The notes beneath the pieces were generated by a model. That model was not told the origin of the DNA, ran no database searches, and saw only the letters and a list, made by a program, of their open reading frames with translations. From positions 1 to 60,811 of the forward strand of contig JABAAW010000004.1 in the NCBI GenBank assembly GCA_014238535.1: DNA of 60,811 nt, written 5' to 3'. The first letter of the stretch is position 1, and each line of letters begins with the position of its first letter. The position numbers and the translations under genes were made by a program. This DNA comes from Alphaproteobacteria bacterium. Lineage in GTDB: Bacteria; Pseudomonadota; Alphaproteobacteria; JABAAW01. Shown piece after piece: positions 58,410-60,811 of this stretch.

Positions 58410-59063
58410 ATGCCTTTCTCAACACCTTTTGAAATATCACCATACGATCTAACTGAAGGGATAGCATTTGCATTCTTCGCAATAATGATTATCTCTTGCG
58501 CCCTAAGCGTTATTCTAGTGAGAAACCCTGTCTATGCGGTGCTTCTGATGGTGATGGCTTTTTTCGGTAGTGCTGCGCTATTCGTTATGCAGGGAGCAGA
58601 ATTCTTAGGGCTATTGTTAATCATCGTATATGTAGGCGCAATAGCTGTCTTGTTCTTATTCGTCATCATGATGTTAGACGTTCGTCTCATGGCAACCGCT
58701 AAGTTGCAACGCAAGCACTTACCGATTGCATTACTAGTATCAGGTTTACTGTTCTTTGAACTAGTAGCAATTGTGATAGTTGACAAGCCAATTGACAAAA
58801 CAATGCAAGAGAGTTCTCAAGAAATAACAACAGAGCCAGCACAAGGATTGCTGGATAACACAACGCAACTAGGATTAATTATCTACTCAGAATATTTATT
58901 AATTTTCGAAATCGCAGGATTAGCACTGCTATTAGCAATGCTAGGAGCGATCATGCTGACGCATCGCAAACGCGACGACAACATGCGCCAAAACATTACT
59001 CTTCAACGTGAGCGCAGTGGAAAGGCGCGCCTGGTAAACGTAGAGACGAAGGGCGGAGTATAG
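58410..59063 (+). CDS. nuoJ: NADH-quinone oxidoreductase subunit J
   Basis: NPVYAVL, GAEFLG..LIIVYVGAIAVLFLFVIMML, FEIAG..LL.AM.GAI.L. Confidence 0.95.
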   Translation: MPFSTPFEISPYDLTEGIAFAFFAIMIISCALSVILVRNPVYAVLLMVMAFFGSAALFVMQGAEFLGLLLIIVYVGAIAVLFLFVIMMLDVRLMATAKLQRKHLPIALLVSGLLFFELVAIVIVDKPIDKTMQESSQEITTEPAQGLLDNTTQLGLIIYSEYLLIFEIAGLALLLAMLGAIMLTHRKRDDNMRQNITLQRERSGKARLVNVETKGGV

Positions 59064-59070
59064 ACAATTC

Positions 59071-59391
59071 ATGTCTCATTTGCTCCCTATAACTTTATCT
59101 CATTACCTTTTTTTGAGCACAACATTGTTCGTTATCGGTTTGCTTGGACTCTTTCTAAACCGCCGCCATGTCATAGTTATTCTTATGTCTGTCGAGTTGC
59201 TCTTTCTGTCAGCCAGCATGAACTTCATAACTTTTTCATCAGCATTCGGCGACCTTACAGGGCAAGTCTTTGCCTTATTTATATTAGCAATAGCAGCGGC
59301 AGAAATAACCATCGGCTTAGCCATATTAGTTGTGTACTACCGTAATCGAACCTCAATATCTATGCAAGATATTTCACAGCTAAAAGGATAG
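59071..59391 (+). CDS. nuoK: NADH-quinone oxidoreductase subunit K
   Basis: LFVIG..G.FLNRR.VI.ILMS.EL, GQVFALFI..IAAAE..IGLAI.V.YYR. Confidence 0.96.
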   Translation: MSHLLPITLSHYLFLSTTLFVIGLLGLFLNRRHVIVILMSVELLFLSASMNFITFSSAFGDLTGQVFALFILAIAAAEITIGLAILVVYYRNRTSISMQDISQLKG

Positions 59392-59405
59392 AGCGAGATC
59401 ATACC

Positions 59406-60811
59406 ATGATCACCTCCATTCCCTTATTACCACTAATAGCCAGCATTATAGTCGGCTTGCTCTCACGACGTATAGGGGCAACTTTAGCATTATTCATAAC
59501 CTGCCTTTTTATGATAATTGCAACCTTTATAGCAATTGATCTTTTTTTTACGACCGCATTACGAGGATTCGAGACGACAGTTATCATTGCTCCGTGGTTT
59601 GAAATTGGTGATTTATCTATCGTTTGGGCTATGCAAATCGATACGTTGTCGGTTGTTATGATGGTAACCGTGTGCATTGTCTCTACCCTAGTACATATTT
59701 ACTCAGCAGAGTATATGCGGGACGACCCTTCGCTACCTCGTTTTATGGCTTATCTCAGTCTGTTTACTTTTTTTATGCTAGTATTAGTTTCATCCAATAA
59801 TCTGTTACAAATGTTCTTTGGTTGGGAGGGGGTTGGGCTTTCCTCATACCTACTTATTGGTTATTGGTATCATCGGGAAAGTGCTGCGCGCGCGGGTGTT
59901 AAAGCTTTTTTGGTAAATCGTATCGGCGACTTTGGATTCGTGCTTGGTATCTGCGCAATCTACAAAATGTTCGGAACACTAAACTTTACCGAAATTTTTG
60001 CCGCTGTTCCCGATGTTTTGGGACAGAAATTATCTTTCTTCTCTTGGAATTTCGAAGCTATCACCGCTATTTGTCTGCTACTTTTTGTAGGCGCTATAGG
60101 TAAGTCTGCTCAACTTGGTTTGCATATTTGGCTACCTGATGCGATGGAAGGACCAACACCTGTGAGTGCATTAATACACGCAGCGACCATGGTAACAGCA
60201 GGAGTCTTCATGCTGTGTCGTTTGTCTGGGTTGTTTGAATATTCAGAAACAGCATTAGCAGTCATATCTTTATTCGGAGCAGGAACTGCATTTTTTGCAG
60301 CTAGTGTGGCTATAACACAAAACGATATAAAACGTGTTATCGCCTATTCCACTTGTTCACAACTAGGCTATATGATCCTCGCCGTCGGACTGTCGGCTTA
60401 TAGTGCTGCGATGTTCCATCTAATAACGCACGCCTTCTTCAAGGCACTGTTGTTTCTGGCTGCAGGCTCTTTAATACATGCGATGTCAGGCGAGCAAGAC
60501 ATGCGTAATATGGGTGGCCTGCGTTCTATGACACCACTAACTTACATTCTTTTTTGGATAGGCGTTCTGTCCTTAGCAGGTATACCATTTTTCTCTGGTT
60601 ACTATTCTAAGGATATCATTTTAGAAACAGCTTGGGCTAGCCATAGTATCGTAGGACAAATTGCTTTTCTTTTGGGAAATATCGGAGTTTTTCTAACCGC
60701 ATGTTACGCAACACGCATGATAGTGATGAGTTTCCATTCACTACCACGCTTCGGAGAAAAAATTATGAAACATGTGCGCGAAGCTCCACTTTTGATGAAT
60801 ATCCCTTTATT
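59406..60811 (+). CDS. nuoL: NADH-quinone oxidoreductase subunit L, runs off the window end
   Basis: Not in the ORF track. From ATG 59406: MITSIPLLPLIAS...; internal FFGWEGVG, KAFLVNRIGDFGF, GKSAQLGLHIWLPDAMEGPTPVSALIHAATMVTAGVF, HLITHAFFKALLFL. Confidence 0.96.
   Translation, partial: MITSIPLLPLIASIIVGLLSRRIGATLALFITCLFMIIATFIAIDLFFTTALRGFETTVIIAPWFEIGDLSIVWAMQIDTLSVVMMVTVCIVSTLVHIYSAEYMRDDPSLPRFMAYLSLFTFFMLVLVSSNNLLQMFFGWEGVGLSSYLLIGYWYHRESAARAGVKAFLVNRIGDFGFVLGICAIYKMFGTLNFTEIFAAVPDVLGQKLSFFSWNFEAITAICLLLFVGAIGKSAQLGLHIWLPDAMEGPTPVSALIHAATMVTAGVFMLCRLSGLFEYSETALAVISLFGAGTAFFAASVAITQNDIKRVIAYSTCSQLGYMILAVGLSAYSAAMFHLITHAFFKALLFLAAGSLIHAMSGEQDMRNMGGLRSMTPLTYILFWIGVLSLAGIPFFSGYYSKDIILETAWASHSIVGQIAFLLGNIGVFLTACYATRMIVMSFHSLPRFGEKIMKHVREAPLLMNIPL

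Noticed and set aside
58200-58420. dif site at the codon-usage switch
   Set aside because: No XerC/XerD-like 28-bp site (TTATGTTAAA-type arm) recognised.
1078-59677. The many 60-180 aa alternative-frame and antisense ORFs in the track
   Set aside because: They lie wholly within well-supported genes, lack recognisable motifs, and are expected shadows of codon bias.

Overview
Chromosomal segment of an alphaproteobacterium (syntenic blocks dgt-argS-SPOR-nagZ-scpA-scpB, proC-YbjN, J-domain-cobS-cobT, and nuoA-L with separate nuoC and nuoD). Proteins are strongly diverged, and a host-associated lifestyle is inferred, not shown. Mostly housekeeping and central metabolism: rpmG, acnA, betB, formate dehydrogenase alpha subunit, aminopeptidase P, lutABC, cobalamin genes (cobS, cobT, cobW, cobU/P, cobC-like), aspartate aminotransferase, fliI-fliJ, bepA-like protease, rluD, sufE, acetoacetate-CoA ligase, hemF and complex I up to a truncated nuoL. 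I found no rRNA, tRNA, CRISPR array, transposase or integrase. Best candidates for undescribed biology: (1) a 925-aa polypeptide joining a polytopic membrane Fe-S domain, a Cys3-Asp [2Fe-2S] ferredoxin and an NAD(P)H-FAD reductase, paired with a stand-alone cyclic-nucleotide-binding protein and inserted ahead of dgt; (2) three tandem paralogous TM2/NINE small membrane proteins; (3) an in-frame YgfZ plus secreted sorbosone-dehydrogenase-like ORF; (4) pervasive short tandem duplications, with unit lengths that are multiples of 3 in genes and often 13, 14 or 16 bp outside them, including 12 hexapeptide units inside CobU; (5) a sharp synonymous-codon switch inside nuoI; (6) a proC whose conserved N-terminus has no ATG, GTG or TTG start. 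All assignments are motif recognition by eye; no searches were run.
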